Part shown: one piece after another, positions 51,163 to 60,788 of the stretch
How positions within the stretch are numbered: position 1 is the first letter of the stretch
Layout: the number at the start of each line of letters is the position of its first letter
Source: Patescibacteria group bacterium
GTDB lineage: Bacteria > Patescibacteriota > Patescibacteriia > Patescibacteriales > UBA12075
Reading direction: 5' to 3'
Assembly (NCBI GenBank): GCA_018897195.1
Contig: JAHILH010000004.1
Location: 83,678-147,677, forward strand
Length of the DNA: 64,000 nt
Program-made: the position numbers and the translations under genes
The notes under the pieces: generated by a model
Told to the model about the DNA's origin: nothing
Seen by the model: only the letters and a program-made list of their open reading frames with translations
Database searches by the model: none

Positions 51163-51510
51163 TTATTTTTTAACTTGCGCTAAAATTTCTGTAAGAACTG
51201 CTTTATTATTTACTGCAAAATCAGCCAAAATCTTTCGGTCAACTTCCACGTTTGCCACTTTTAACATATTAATGAATTTAGAATAGCTTACACCTTGCTC
51301 TCTTACAAAAGCGCTAATCTTAATCAACCATAAAGCACGATTGGTTCGCTTTTTCTTGCGGCGATCCATAAAAGCGTGAGCACCTGCGTGCATAATCGCT
51401 TCTTTAGCTTTTTTGATCAAATTCTTGCGTCCCCATTTATAACCTTTGGTTTTCGCTAATATATTTGCTCGTCTTTTTACATGGGTTGTACCTCTTTTTA
51501 CTCTTGGCAT
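51163..51510 (-). CDS. rplT: 50S ribosomal protein L20
   Basis: MPRVKRG, DRRKKKR..RALW, DRKILAD. Confidence 0.97.
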   Translation of the reverse strand: MPRVKRGTTHVKRRANILAKTKGYKWGRKNLIKKAKEAIMHAGAHAFMDRRKKKRTNRALWLIKISAFVREQGVSYSKFINMLKVANVEVDRKILADFAVNNKAVLTEILAQVKK

Positions 51511-51553
51511 ATCTTTCTATGTTTAAAAAAAATTTATAATAAGTTCTAACTTC

Positions 51554-51748
51554 CTATTGTTGAATAAGAGTTCTGATAGTTTTAGTAATTGTACTACTAG
51601 TCGCAATGTCTTTTCGCTTATTTCTCTTAGTATTACCAGATTCACGAGCATTATAATGATCTTGACCAGCCTTTCTTTGAGTAACCTTATTATTTTTGGT
51701 TATTTTAAATCTTTTGACAGTTGCTTTATGAGTTTTAATTTTCGGCAT
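51554..51748 (-). CDS. rpmI: 50S ribosomal protein L35
   Basis: MPKIKTHKATVKRFKIT; between infC and rplT. Confidence 0.93.
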   Translation of the reverse strand: MPKIKTHKATVKRFKITKNNKVTQRKAGQDHYNARESGNTKRNKRKDIATSSTITKTIRTLIQQ

Positions 51749-51834
51749 ATTATTCGTTAATTTCCTTTTCTTTTTTAAAAACTGAATTTTAAACAAAAAA
51801 ACAGGGTAATTACCCAATCTTCAATGGTTAATTA

Positions 51835-52389
51835 TTATATTTTATTTACCAATATCATTATAAACTTTCCACCCTGCATTGTCAAGTCTTGCTCTGGAAT
51901 CAGATTCATACCCTCTTTTTCTTGTAACTTTTGCACAAAAACACCAATTATCTCCCTTGCCTTCTCTGGGTGCGCTTTTTCTCTTCCTTTTAAAGATAGT
52001 TCAATTTTAAGTTTGTTGCCTTTTTCCAAAAATTTAACCGCTTGATCCATTCGGAAATTAAAGTCATGTTCACTAATACGAACCGACAAACGAACACCCT
52101 TGGTTTCAGTCTTTTTTTGTTGAATCTTCTGTTTATGGGCCTTTTTCTCCTGTTCATACTTAAATTGGCCATAATTCATGATTTTACAAACCGGTGGTTC
52201 AGCCACTGGGTTCACTTCCACCAAATCCATGCCCAATTCCGAGGCCATCTCTTTTGCCTTTGCGGTGCTAATAATACCAATATTTTCACCATTTTCATCA
52301 ATTACGGACACTTCTAGCACTCTAATGAGGTCATTAGTTTTAAATCGCTTTTCTAATTTCGGCTTTGCCCGTTTCCAAATTCTACGCAT
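51835..52389 (-). CDS. infC: Translation initiation factor IF-3
   Basis: DLVEVNPVAEPPVCKIMNYGQFKY, FLEKGNK, KGRE. Confidence 0.96.
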   Translation of the reverse strand: MRRIWKRAKPKLEKRFKTNDLIRVLEVSVIDENGENIGIISTAKAKEMASELGMDLVEVNPVAEPPVCKIMNYGQFKYEQEKKAHKQKIQQKKTETKGVRLSVRISEHDFNFRMDQAVKFLEKGNKLKIELSLKGREKAHPEKAREIIGVFVQKLQEKEGMNLIPEQDLTMQGGKFIMILVNKI

Positions 52390-52713
52390 TAAAAATTCAT
52401 TCAAAAATACCAAGATTTTAAAACATTTCTAAAATCATTAAATATCTTTTTTCTAAAATTAAACAAGATTAAATCAATCTTGATGATAGAATAGCAGGAA
52501 AGGAAATAAAAGTCAACTAATATATCTATTGACAATATTTTACAAATGTGCTATACTCAAAAATTAGTGTTAAATATTGATTTATTTTAATACTTGTTCA
52601 TTGAACAATTAAATACAAAAAGGAGGCAAAAATCAAAATTTGATTTAGTGTCACAAAAAAACTTAATTAGTAGTTAACCGATCGTCAAATCAAGCTAAGG
52701 ATAAAAGGAAATT

Positions 52714-54708
52714 ATGGACGCAATTTTGGGTTATTGGTGGATCATTCCGATTGTAGCTACGCTCGTCGGATACAAGTTGGTGCTGAGATTCTTTTTCGGT
52801 GCTGTTATTATCGCCGAAGATGAAATCGGTATTGTCAACAAAAAATTCGTGCTCTGGGGTGCCAACAGAACCTTGCCTGACGGTGCAATCATTGCCCTCG
52901 AGGGTGAGGCTGGTTATCAGGCTGATACACTGGCTCCCGGACTACACTGGGGTCTTTTCCCTTGGCAGTATGAGGTCGAACGTGTGAAATTTATCACGAT
53001 CGAACGAGGAAAAATTGGTGTAGTTGAATCGAGAGACGGCATACCGCTTTCCGATGGTCGCGTTCTTGCAAAAAGGGTTGGGTGCGACTCTTTCCAGAGT
53101 GCGCGGATGTTTTTGGAAAATCAGGGTGAGCGTGGTCCGCAAATCACAATCATTCCTCCAGGAACCTACCGGATCAACACCCGCATTTTTAGCGTTAATA
53201 TGGAAAATATGCTGGAAATTGCGGACGGTATGGTGGGCATTGTAACAACCAAAGAGGGTCAACAACTTCCTGCTGGCGATATTGCTGGTAAAGCAGTTGG
53301 TGGACATAACAGTTTTCAAGACGGACAATCCTTTGTTACTAGCGGTGGATATAAGGGCATGCAAGAACAAGTTATTCTTGCTGGCCGTTACTACATCAAC
53401 CCTCGCTTTGCGACTGTTGAGGTCCGCGATATGACCAGTGTTCCGATTGCCCATGCTGGCGTTGTCGTTGCCTTTGTCGGTGAAGCCGCTGAAGACACAA
53501 CGGGCGCAAATTTTAAGCATGGTAATCAGGTTCCTAAGGGCTGCAAAGGTGTTTGGAATGAGCCATATGATCCGGGTAAATACCCAGTCAATTCATTCAC
53601 TCACACTGTTGAGCTTGTTCCCACGGCCAATATCGTTCTAAACTGGGCTGATGCCAAAACTGAAGCACACAATCTCGACGCTAATCTGTCGACAATTACC
53701 GTGCGTTCATCTGACGGCTTCACTCTTAATTTGGATGTTGCTCAAATCATCCATATTCCCAGAAACGACGCACCGAAGGTAATCTCCCGTTTCGGAACAG
53801 TGGCAAATATGGTCACCCAGGTACTGGAGCCTATTATCGGAAACTATTTCCGTAACGCAGCCCAGAGTTCTGATGCCATTGATTTCCTTAAAGATCGGGA
53901 AAAAAGGCAATCGGAAGCCAAGGCTGCAATTCAGGCTGCCTTGCAAGAGTACGATGTTCAGGCTGTTGACACTTTGATCGGTGATATTGTCCCTCCGGCA
54001 GAGTTGATGAAAACTCTGACGAACAGAAAGATTGCCGAACAAGAAGAAATAACCTATGGCACACAGAAAAAAGCGGAAGACGCACGCATGACATTTGAGC
54101 AATCAAAAGCCATGGCTGCTACACAAGCCAATGTTGTTGCTTCCGAACGGAAAGTAACAATTGCGGATTTTGATGCCCAGGCTGCTGTTAAACAGGCAGA
54201 TGGTGTAGCAAAATCCAAAAAAATTAACGCTGAGGCTGACGCTGAGGTTATTAAGGTAGTTGGTAATGCCACCGCCGAAAGAACCAAGGCTATCGGTACA
54301 GCCGAGGCAGAGGTCATTGAACGCAAAATTCAGTCGATGGAATCTGGAAACTTCGCCATGATCGAAGTTGCGAAGGCTCTCGGCGCGAGCGGACAGAAGT
54401 GGGTTCCGGAAATTGTCATGCATGGTGGTGCCGACGGAAAATCAAGCAATTCAATTGCTGACGTTCTGATGGCCAACCTGATCAAAGACAATCTGGCTCC
54501 CGCAAAACCGCTGGTCAAAAAACCAAAGGAAGAGAAGCTTAACGAGGCTGACCTTGCTGAGGACAAGACCGCTGTAAAGGATGGCGAAGATAAACCGGCT
54601 GACGTTGTCAACCCGGAACTTCCCACTGATGCTATTCTTCATCCAACCACCACTCTTGAATTGGAGGAAAAGTCGGTCGATGATGAACAGCATGACGAAG
54701 AAAAATAA
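52714..54708 (+). CDS. SPFH/band 7 (flotillin-like) domain protein
   Basis: N-terminal TM, repeated G.Q..L.PG.Y units, ITVRSSDGF, YFRNAAQ, AEA-rich coiled coil; promoter TTGACA(52529)-17-TATACT. Confidence 0.85.
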   Translation: MDAILGYWWIIPIVATLVGYKLVLRFFFGAVIIAEDEIGIVNKKFVLWGANRTLPDGAIIALEGEAGYQADTLAPGLHWGLFPWQYEVERVKFITIERGKIGVVESRDGIPLSDGRVLAKRVGCDSFQSARMFLENQGERGPQITIIPPGTYRINTRIFSVNMENMLEIADGMVGIVTTKEGQQLPAGDIAGKAVGGHNSFQDGQSFVTSGGYKGMQEQVILAGRYYINPRFATVEVRDMTSVPIAHAGVVVAFVGEAAEDTTGANFKHGNQVPKGCKGVWNEPYDPGKYPVNSFTHTVELVPTANIVLNWADAKTEAHNLDANLSTITVRSSDGFTLNLDVAQIIHIPRNDAPKVISRFGTVANMVTQVLEPIIGNYFRNAAQSSDAIDFLKDREKRQSEAKAAIQAALQEYDVQAVDTLIGDIVPPAELMKTLTNRKIAEQEEITYGTQKKAEDARMTFEQSKAMAATQANVVASERKVTIADFDAQAAVKQADGVAKSKKINAEADAEVIKVVGNATAERTKAIGTAEAEVIERKIQSMESGNFAMIEVAKALGASGQKWVPEIVMHGGADGKSSNSIADVLMANLIKDNLAPAKPLVKKPKEEKLNEADLAEDKTAVKDGEDKPADVVNPELPTDAILHPTTTLELEEKSVDDEQHDEEK

Positions 54709-54735
54709 GAAATAAATTTCAAATCAATATTAACA

Positions 54736-54772
54736 AAGGGTGAAGTCAAACGACTTCACCCTTCTTTTTTTT
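54736..54772 (+). terminator. Terminator after the SPFH gene
   Basis: AAGGGTGAAGTC-loop-GACTTCACCCTT plus T-tract. Confidence 0.85.
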
Positions 54773-54881
54773 AATTTCTCTTAACTTGATTTTTTTACCA
54801 ATCCATGCTTTATTAAACATAACATCAGTTAAAGAATAAATTCTCCGCTCTTTAAAAAATATCACCCACGAGGAATAAGTC

Positions 54882-55259
54882 ATGACAAAATCTGACAAAA
54901 AACAGCTACCATTTCAAATTACTGGTCCTTGCGATATCAGCGTGATTAAACGTCATCTTCCAAATTTTGATTTCAAACAGCCGGTAACTAAGGCTGGCTA
55001 CGATTCCGTAAAAAGAGTGGTTGCGACAAAAATTGGACAACAGCGTGGATTTAATTTAATAAAGTATATCAAAGAAAACAATATTACTATCGGTTGTACG
55101 GTTAAAGAAATGAAAACTGGACATCTAGAAGTCGTTTCAAGTATCACTAAGGGCGGACGTCTAGCCTTCAAGGGTGTTCGCAAAGGCTCTTTCTCACCAA
55201 TTCATTGGAAACTTCATCAACCCACAGGAGATAAACATGACGATGAAAAAAAAGAATAA
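54882..55259 (+). CDS. Hypothetical basic protein
   Basis: 125 aa; SD GAGGA. Confidence 0.65.
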   Translation: MTKSDKKQLPFQITGPCDISVIKRHLPNFDFKQPVTKAGYDSVKRVVATKIGQQRGFNLIKYIKENNITIGCTVKEMKTGHLEVVSSITKGGRLAFKGVRKGSFSPIHWKLHQPTGDKHDDEKKE

Positions 55260-55404
55260 ACGCTTCAAACCGCGCTTATCGACAAGCGCCCAAAAGGTCT
55301 TACGCCACAAGGGCGGTGCTCACGGCCCGCCCAAAGGCAAACGCGGCTATAACCGCAAAAACATTTCCGGCCCATCTGACAAAGATGGGCTTTTTTTATA
55401 TTAA
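55237..55404 (+). CDS. Putative ArfA-like alternative ribosome rescue factor (55 aa)
   Basis: SD AGGAG; GAHGPPKGKRGYNRK resembles ArfA KKGKGSYxRK; intrinsic terminator inside the ORF before the stop codon. Confidence 0.6.
   Translation: MTMKKKNKRFKPRLSTSAQKVLRHKGGAHGPPKGKRGYNRKNISGPSDKDGLFLY
55370..55397 (+). terminator. Intragenic terminator producing a non-stop mRNA
   Basis: GCCCATCT-gacaa-AGATGGGC-T7; the TAA stop is at 55402-55404. Confidence 0.8.
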
Positions 55405-55444
55405 AAAAGAGCAGTCTTATTGACCTGCTCTTAATCTTTGCGTC

Positions 55445-56047
55445 CTATGGAACTATAACAATTTTTTCTTTTTTAAGTGCCTCTTGTAATAACTTCTTGT
55501 TCCCTTCTGACAACTCACGTCCATCACTAATCATTTTTATAATTGACGAAATAGACTTGATTGTTTTATCAATAGTTTCCTCCGACCAAATTTTTCCTTT
55601 ATCATTTTGAAAGAGAGAAAAAGAGCGAAATTTTTTATTTTTTGTTTCCGTTCTGATGGCAATAATTATACGACCAAGCTTTTTAACCTTAGTGGAATAT
55701 GGAATATCTTTGTAATGCACACCATCTTTTTCATAGTCATTTAGCTGTGGCATTTTTTTTGTAACTATTCCCTGCCACATATCATTTTCACACATTGATA
55801 TCACAACATCTAATTTTTCTTCCTTCACCGCAACTGCAGTTGGAATCAAACTATCCCGTAGTGGTGCGCACTCTGTTTTTGTCGACACATTATCGACTGT
55901 TACCACCACTCGTTCATTTCTCGAAACTAAATGTCTTTCCATTATTGCGCGACGCTCGTGGTGCGGAAGGGGTCGTTTTGGTTCACCGGGTTTTTGACCA
56001 AAAATAACGGCACTTTTTTTATTTTTAGTAACCATTGTCGTCCTCAT
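55445..56047 (-). CDS. Hypothetical protein
   Basis: 200 aa; SD AAGGAGG. Confidence 0.7.
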   Translation of the reverse strand: MRTTMVTKNKKSAVIFGQKPGEPKRPLPHHERRAIMERHLVSRNERVVVTVDNVSTKTECAPLRDSLIPTAVAVKEEKLDVVISMCENDMWQGIVTKKMPQLNDYEKDGVHYKDIPYSTKVKKLGRIIIAIRTETKNKKFRSFSLFQNDKGKIWSEETIDKTIKSISSIIKMISDGRELSEGNKKLLQEALKKEKIVIVP

Positions 56048-56445
56048 GATTATAACCTCCTTTATATATAAAAAGAACTGTTTATTTTTTAAACTTCAAA
56101 ATAGATTATCATAAAAAACAAATTTAGTCAAGTTAAAAGCCGAGACACTAGGTGCTCGGCTTTATATATTCTACCTTCATAATTAATTTTCTATTGCTCT
56201 TATATTCGCCATTTGGCTTAAGACGCAAAAGAAATAACTATAAAAGATTTTTTCCAAATTAACAATAGCAATAACTTGATATTTGTTTTTTCAACCCCTT
56301 GCTGTCATTTTGTCGCGTTGGTTAAAAAAATAAATTCTCGTTAAACTATCAAACTCAACAAATTTTAAGAAGTAAAAAAACAAACTACAAACAATTTAAC
56401 AAGAAATGTCAGACAGACTTTTCTTAACTTCTTCGGTATTAGCCT

Positions 56446-57141
56446 TTAAACGTTTATGTCTTTAAGGCCATAATATTTTTTTGCATGAGACATTACTGCT
56501 TTGGCATATTTTTCGGTTTTAGGATTCTTTACAGAGCCATTATACCTACGTAATGCCATGAAAGAGTTTTGTTTATATCCTTGCTTGATCAAATAGTCAG
56601 CCGCCCAGTTTGCGCTCCATTCCCAATTCATCGCTTGCGCACGTGTTACTTCTGGGTGTGCTGAAAGATTAATCTGAAAGGGACCAATTGAACGTCCGTC
56701 GTCACCTACAAGGCTTCTACCAAAACTGGATTCCTGCCTTGCTTGTCCTGCCAAAACTTCCTGATGAACGCCAGTTCGTTTATCAACCTGGCCCAAGATA
56801 TTCATTTTTTCCTCAAAGGAAAGATTTCGACAAGAATTACGTTGCGCTTGTTTACGCCTTGCTATGGGTTGTTCGCTAGACCTCTCCTTCATTTCCAATT
56901 TCAAAGTCTGACCAATATAAATTAAATCAATATTGGCAATATTATTATCAACCTTGATTTTCCAAGGATTAATTTTGTGTTTACTACCAAGTTCTGATAA
57001 AGTGTCTCCTTTTTGTACAAAATGAAATATCGTAATTTTACCCGGAGGGGCTTTCGCCTCGGCCTCAATTTCCGCCCTGGCTTTTGATGGCGATATAAAA
57101 AATGCCATAAAAAGCATTAGGACTAAAAAGGTTTTATTCAT
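56446..57141 (-). CDS. Secreted LysM + SLT lytic transglycosylase
   Basis: Signal peptide, HFVQKGDTLS...IYIGQTL LysM, QESSF, SIGPFQIN, RYNG. Confidence 0.88.
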   Translation of the reverse strand: MNKTFLVLMLFMAFFISPSKARAEIEAEAKAPPGKITIFHFVQKGDTLSELGSKHKINPWKIKVDNNIANIDLIYIGQTLKLEMKERSSEQPIARRKQAQRNSCRNLSFEEKMNILGQVDKRTGVHQEVLAGQARQESSFGRSLVGDDGRSIGPFQINLSAHPEVTRAQAMNWEWSANWAADYLIKQGYKQNSFMALRRYNGSVKNPKTEKYAKAVMSHAKKYYGLKDINV

Positions 57142-57144
57142 CAC

Positions 57145-57414
57145 TTACCTCTTTTTTGTAAATGTTTTTAATAAATACGCCTCTCTTTCATTAATTGGTT
57201 CTCCTTCTGTGTGAGTGTTTATAGATTTTACCCCCGAAGCTCTTTTGACGCACATGTCTGGTAATGATTCCTCTCCTTTTAATAAGAAATTGCACGTAAT
57301 CCCACATTTTGAACATTCATATTGCGGGTATTCTATACCATCTTCTTTCTCAAAACCAGCGAGGTACCACTCTGGTACAAACATCAAAGATTTTTCACCT
57401 ACCTTTTTATTCAT
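57145..57414 (-). CDS. Small Cys-rich protein, paralog A
   Basis: CSKCGITC...LPDMC; SD AAGGAGG. Confidence 0.65.
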   Translation of the reverse strand: MNKKVGEKSLMFVPEWYLAGFEKEDGIEYPQYECSKCGITCNFLLKGEESLPDMCVKRASGVKSINTHTEGEPINEREAYLLKTFTKKR

Positions 57415-57440
57415 AAGTACAATATCCCTCCTTAAATTTT

Positions 57441-57623
57441 TTACGGGTTATTATTCAAACTGAGATCTATAATTTGACAAGTATCCGGCAATTCACCGTC
57501 ATCCTTGATTGTTTCGTCACATGTACTACCACATTGAATACAAACACAATATTTATACATCACTCCTTCTTTTTTTATGTAATCTATTGGATGCCAAACA
57601 GGAAACCATATCACCAAAGACAT
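57441..57623 (-). CDS. Small Cys-rich protein, paralog B
   Basis: CIQCGSTC...LPDTC; aligns without gaps to 57145-57414. Confidence 0.65.
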   Translation of the reverse strand: MSLVIWFPVWHPIDYIKKEGVMYKYCVCIQCGSTCDETIKDDGELPDTCQIIDLSLNNNP

Positions 57624-57881
57624 TTCTATCTCCCTTTTGTTGAGTATTTAATTTTCAATGAACAGTTTATTATATAAAAAAGACATTGTTTCAGTCTTTA
57701 TTTACCTTTTGTATAGCAAGTATTAACCAATTTGTCAATGCTTTTGTGCAAATTCAAAATTTTAAAAATAAATACTCTCACCGTTGACTTTTTTCTTTTT
57801 TTAGCTTAAAATGAGCGGATGAATATTATATAATATATCAGAAACAAATTAATCGCACATTAAAATACAAGGAGAATATCG

Positions 57882-58646
57882 ATGGAAAAATTAATTGTTA
57901 TTAAAGTTGGCACCAACTCTATCGTCACCCCCGGAGACCGCATTCGCAAAAAACTTCTCGACAACATCGCTGAAAGCGTCCGCGTTATACGAAAATATGG
58001 CTACCGTGTCATTATTGTCAGTTCTGGAGCAATTAGTTGTGGCAAAATAATTACCAAACAAGCTCTTAGTGACCGAGCTTATGCCGGCATCGGTCAACCA
58101 AGTTTAATGATGCATTGGCAAGAAGCCTTTGCCAAAGTGGACTTGGTCACCGCCCAAGGATTGTATGTCAACAATAATCTCCATAAGAAAAAAAATCGAC
58201 AATCAACCACCAAGATATTAAGCGAATTATTAATGGCTGGCATTATTCCAATTATAAATGAAAACGATTTTGTAACCGACGCCGAAACAAAGGACTTGTT
58301 CGGCTTTGGTGATAACGACCAACTCGCCTCATTAATAGCTATCGCAAAACAGGCTGCGTATCTTTTTCTATTAACAACCGTAGATGGCGTCTTTAGTCCC
58401 GAAACTGACTTGTTGATTTCCGAACTTCATCCCTATGAAAAGAAGATTGAAAACAGTTTGCAGACTTGGAAAGGCGAAAGCAATGGTGGAATGATTTCCA
58501 AGGTTAAAAATGCAAAGACTTTTGTTCGCAGTGTTCAAAAATCTGAAGCAATAATTGCCTCCTTCAAAGAAGCTAACATTCTCTTCCGCGCCATAATCGC
58601 TAAAGAAAATATTGGCACTAAGATAAAACGAAAATTCCAGCGCTAA
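57882..58646 (+). CDS. proB: Glutamate 5-kinase (no PUA domain)
   Basis: VIKVGTNS, VSSGAI, AGIGQ, PIINEND, FGDNDQLA, GGMISKV. Confidence 0.9.
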   Translation: MEKLIVIKVGTNSIVTPGDRIRKKLLDNIAESVRVIRKYGYRVIIVSSGAISCGKIITKQALSDRAYAGIGQPSLMMHWQEAFAKVDLVTAQGLYVNNNLHKKKNRQSTTKILSELLMAGIIPIINENDFVTDAETKDLFGFGDNDQLASLIAIAKQAAYLFLLTTVDGVFSPETDLLISELHPYEKKIENSLQTWKGESNGGMISKVKNAKTFVRSVQKSEAIIASFKEANILFRAIIAKENIGTKIKRKFQR

Positions 58647-58718
58647 ACCAAACAAAGCGCTAAATATTAAAATCAAAAACCTCCCAAGAAAATCCTTCGG
58701 GAGGTTTTTTACTATCTG

Positions 58719-58802
58719 TGCCTAGAGCGGGAGTCGAACCCGCACGAGATTGCTCTCAAGAGATTTTAAGTCTCTCGTGTATACCAATTTCACCATCTAG
58801 GC
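58719..58802 (-). tRNA. tRNA-Leu (anticodon TAA)
   Basis: GCCTAGA/TCTAGGC acceptor stem, AGAGA-CTTAAAA-TCTCT anticodon arm, variable arm, GGTTCGACTCC; CCA not encoded. Confidence 0.96.
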
Positions 58803-58875
58803 GTATAAGGTCAAAAAAATAACAACTTTTGTTGCTATAAAATTATACTAGCAAATAAAAATTATTTTTGCAATA

Positions 58876-60642
58876 TTACAACTTTTGCTTCTCCCATAAC
58901 TCAAAAAATCGGCCTTTTTTGCTATACAACTCATCAAAATTACCGCTCTCAACCAATTCTCCCCGCTCAATTACCAAAATCTTATCCATCTCCTTAATAG
59001 TCGTCAAGCGATGGGCTATTACCACGGCGGTTACCTTTTGAAAAAACTTATGTAAAGAATCCTTAATTTTTTCTTCTGACTCCAAATCCAAATGTGAAGT
59101 TGCTTCATCCATAAAAAGCACCTGTGGTTTTTTATAAATCGCCCGCGCAATCCCAAGGCGTTGTTTTTCACCACCAGATAACTTAATTCCTTTTTCTCCA
59201 ATGGTGGTATCAATTCCCTTTGGCAATTTACCGATAAAATCAGTCACGTGTGCAATATCTAAAGCTTGTTGTAATTCGTCTTCACCAAATTCGTCATCAG
59301 CCGCGATTGTAATATTTTCACGTAAGGTAAAATTAAAAACTTCAGTGTCTTGCAAAACCACACCCATCTTTTTTAGATAAGAGTTTTTCTTAATGTTTTT
59401 CAAGGGGGTGTTATCAAATAAAATTTCCCCGCCATAATTTTCATTTTCCTTAAGTAATAATTTAAACAAAGTTGTTTTACCCGCTCCGGACAAGCCAATG
59501 ATGCCCACTCGCTCACCTTTATTAATTTCAAAAGAAACATTTTTTAAAACCTGATTCTTGCCATAAGCAAACGATAAATTTTTCGCAATAATCTTGTTCC
59601 ATTTTGCTGGAAAATCAACCTTATCCATCTCGTCGTCGATTCGCACTGGCTCGCTTAACAATTCCTGCATGCGCGCAATGGCCATTTTGTTAATTATTAA
59701 GTCTTGGGTTGTGTCAGCCAGTTCACTTACTGATTGCCAGACACGCATAAAATAAACATTAAATAACACTAGATAACCAACTTCTAACCGCCCCTGAATA
59801 ATTCCGTAACCAATAAATATAAAAGCGCCGATTCGAAAAAACATGCCAATAAAATTTAAAATAAAACCTCTTACTTGAAAAAGGAGAATGCGCCTTTTTA
59901 TGGTTTTAAAAAAATCAATATTTTTTGCAAAAATCAGATTATATATTTTTTCTCCAATTCCCACCACTTTAATACTGCGAATATTATTCATGGCTTGAAA
60001 AATCAAACCACTAATATCTTCTTCCTGTTCATTAATTTCGTGGACTATTTTTTTTGCCTTTTTTAACAAGGACGAAGAAAAAACGAAATGAACCACCACA
60101 AACGAAATCATAATTAAACCGACGCTTTTATCTCCGCGCGACAATATAATAATTATACCGATAAAATTTACAGTTATCTCAATATAGTTATTAACCCACA
60201 TTCGAATAATACGATCAACACCATTACTGCCCCGTTGAATTTTTTTCAACTTACTGCCGGCGTTCTCTTTCTCATGCCAATCCATATCCAAATTAAATAA
60301 ATGTTTTGTCGCTCCAAGATTAATATCAATGGCCGCCTTTTCAGAAATTTGAAACATTAGATTTTTAGCCCACGGTGTTAGCACACTTCGTAAAAAGCTC
60401 GCCCCTGCCCACAAACCAACAACATACCAAAAATAATCCAGGGAATCACCAATGTGATACTTACTAAATAAAGTCACAATTGTCGCAATTGCAATTGCGG
60501 GATACAGATTTACAACATCACCCAATAAACGCAACAAAGTAGCCACCCAAAACTTTTTCCGATATGGCCTAATATAGTTATACAAATCTCGAACCAATGT
60601 CCAAGTTGAATATTTGATTGTTTTATTTTCTTTTGATGTCAT
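58876..60642 (-). CDS. ABC exporter, fused TMD + ATPase
   Basis: Six TM helices, GLSGAGKTT, LSGGEKQR, DEATS, IAHRL. Confidence 0.94.
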   Translation of the reverse strand: MTSKENKTIKYSTWTLVRDLYNYIRPYRKKFWVATLLRLLGDVVNLYPAIAIATIVTLFSKYHIGDSLDYFWYVVGLWAGASFLRSVLTPWAKNLMFQISEKAAIDINLGATKHLFNLDMDWHEKENAGSKLKKIQRGSNGVDRIIRMWVNNYIEITVNFIGIIIILSRGDKSVGLIMISFVVVHFVFSSSLLKKAKKIVHEINEQEEDISGLIFQAMNNIRSIKVVGIGEKIYNLIFAKNIDFFKTIKRRILLFQVRGFILNFIGMFFRIGAFIFIGYGIIQGRLEVGYLVLFNVYFMRVWQSVSELADTTQDLIINKMAIARMQELLSEPVRIDDEMDKVDFPAKWNKIIAKNLSFAYGKNQVLKNVSFEINKGERVGIIGLSGAGKTTLFKLLLKENENYGGEILFDNTPLKNIKKNSYLKKMGVVLQDTEVFNFTLRENITIAADDEFGEDELQQALDIAHVTDFIGKLPKGIDTTIGEKGIKLSGGEKQRLGIARAIYKKPQVLFMDEATSHLDLESEEKIKDSLHKFFQKVTAVVIAHRLTTIKEMDKILVIERGELVESGNFDELYSKKGRFFELWEKQKL

Positions 60643-60788
60643 TTATATAATATTTTAAAATTTACCTTATTTATCTTACACCTATTTTTAACATTTGTTA
60701 AGCCATCCTTGCACGAACAAACAGCTCAATAAAAAAGGCTGCTGTTTATTTAAAAAACAGCAGCCGGAAAAATTTTTATATTATCTTC

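Noticed and set aside
52799-54693. Many overlapping and antisense ORFs inside the SPFH gene (likewise inside polA, Nudix and lysC)
   Set aside because: Expected in GC-richer coding DNA; no motifs or RBS
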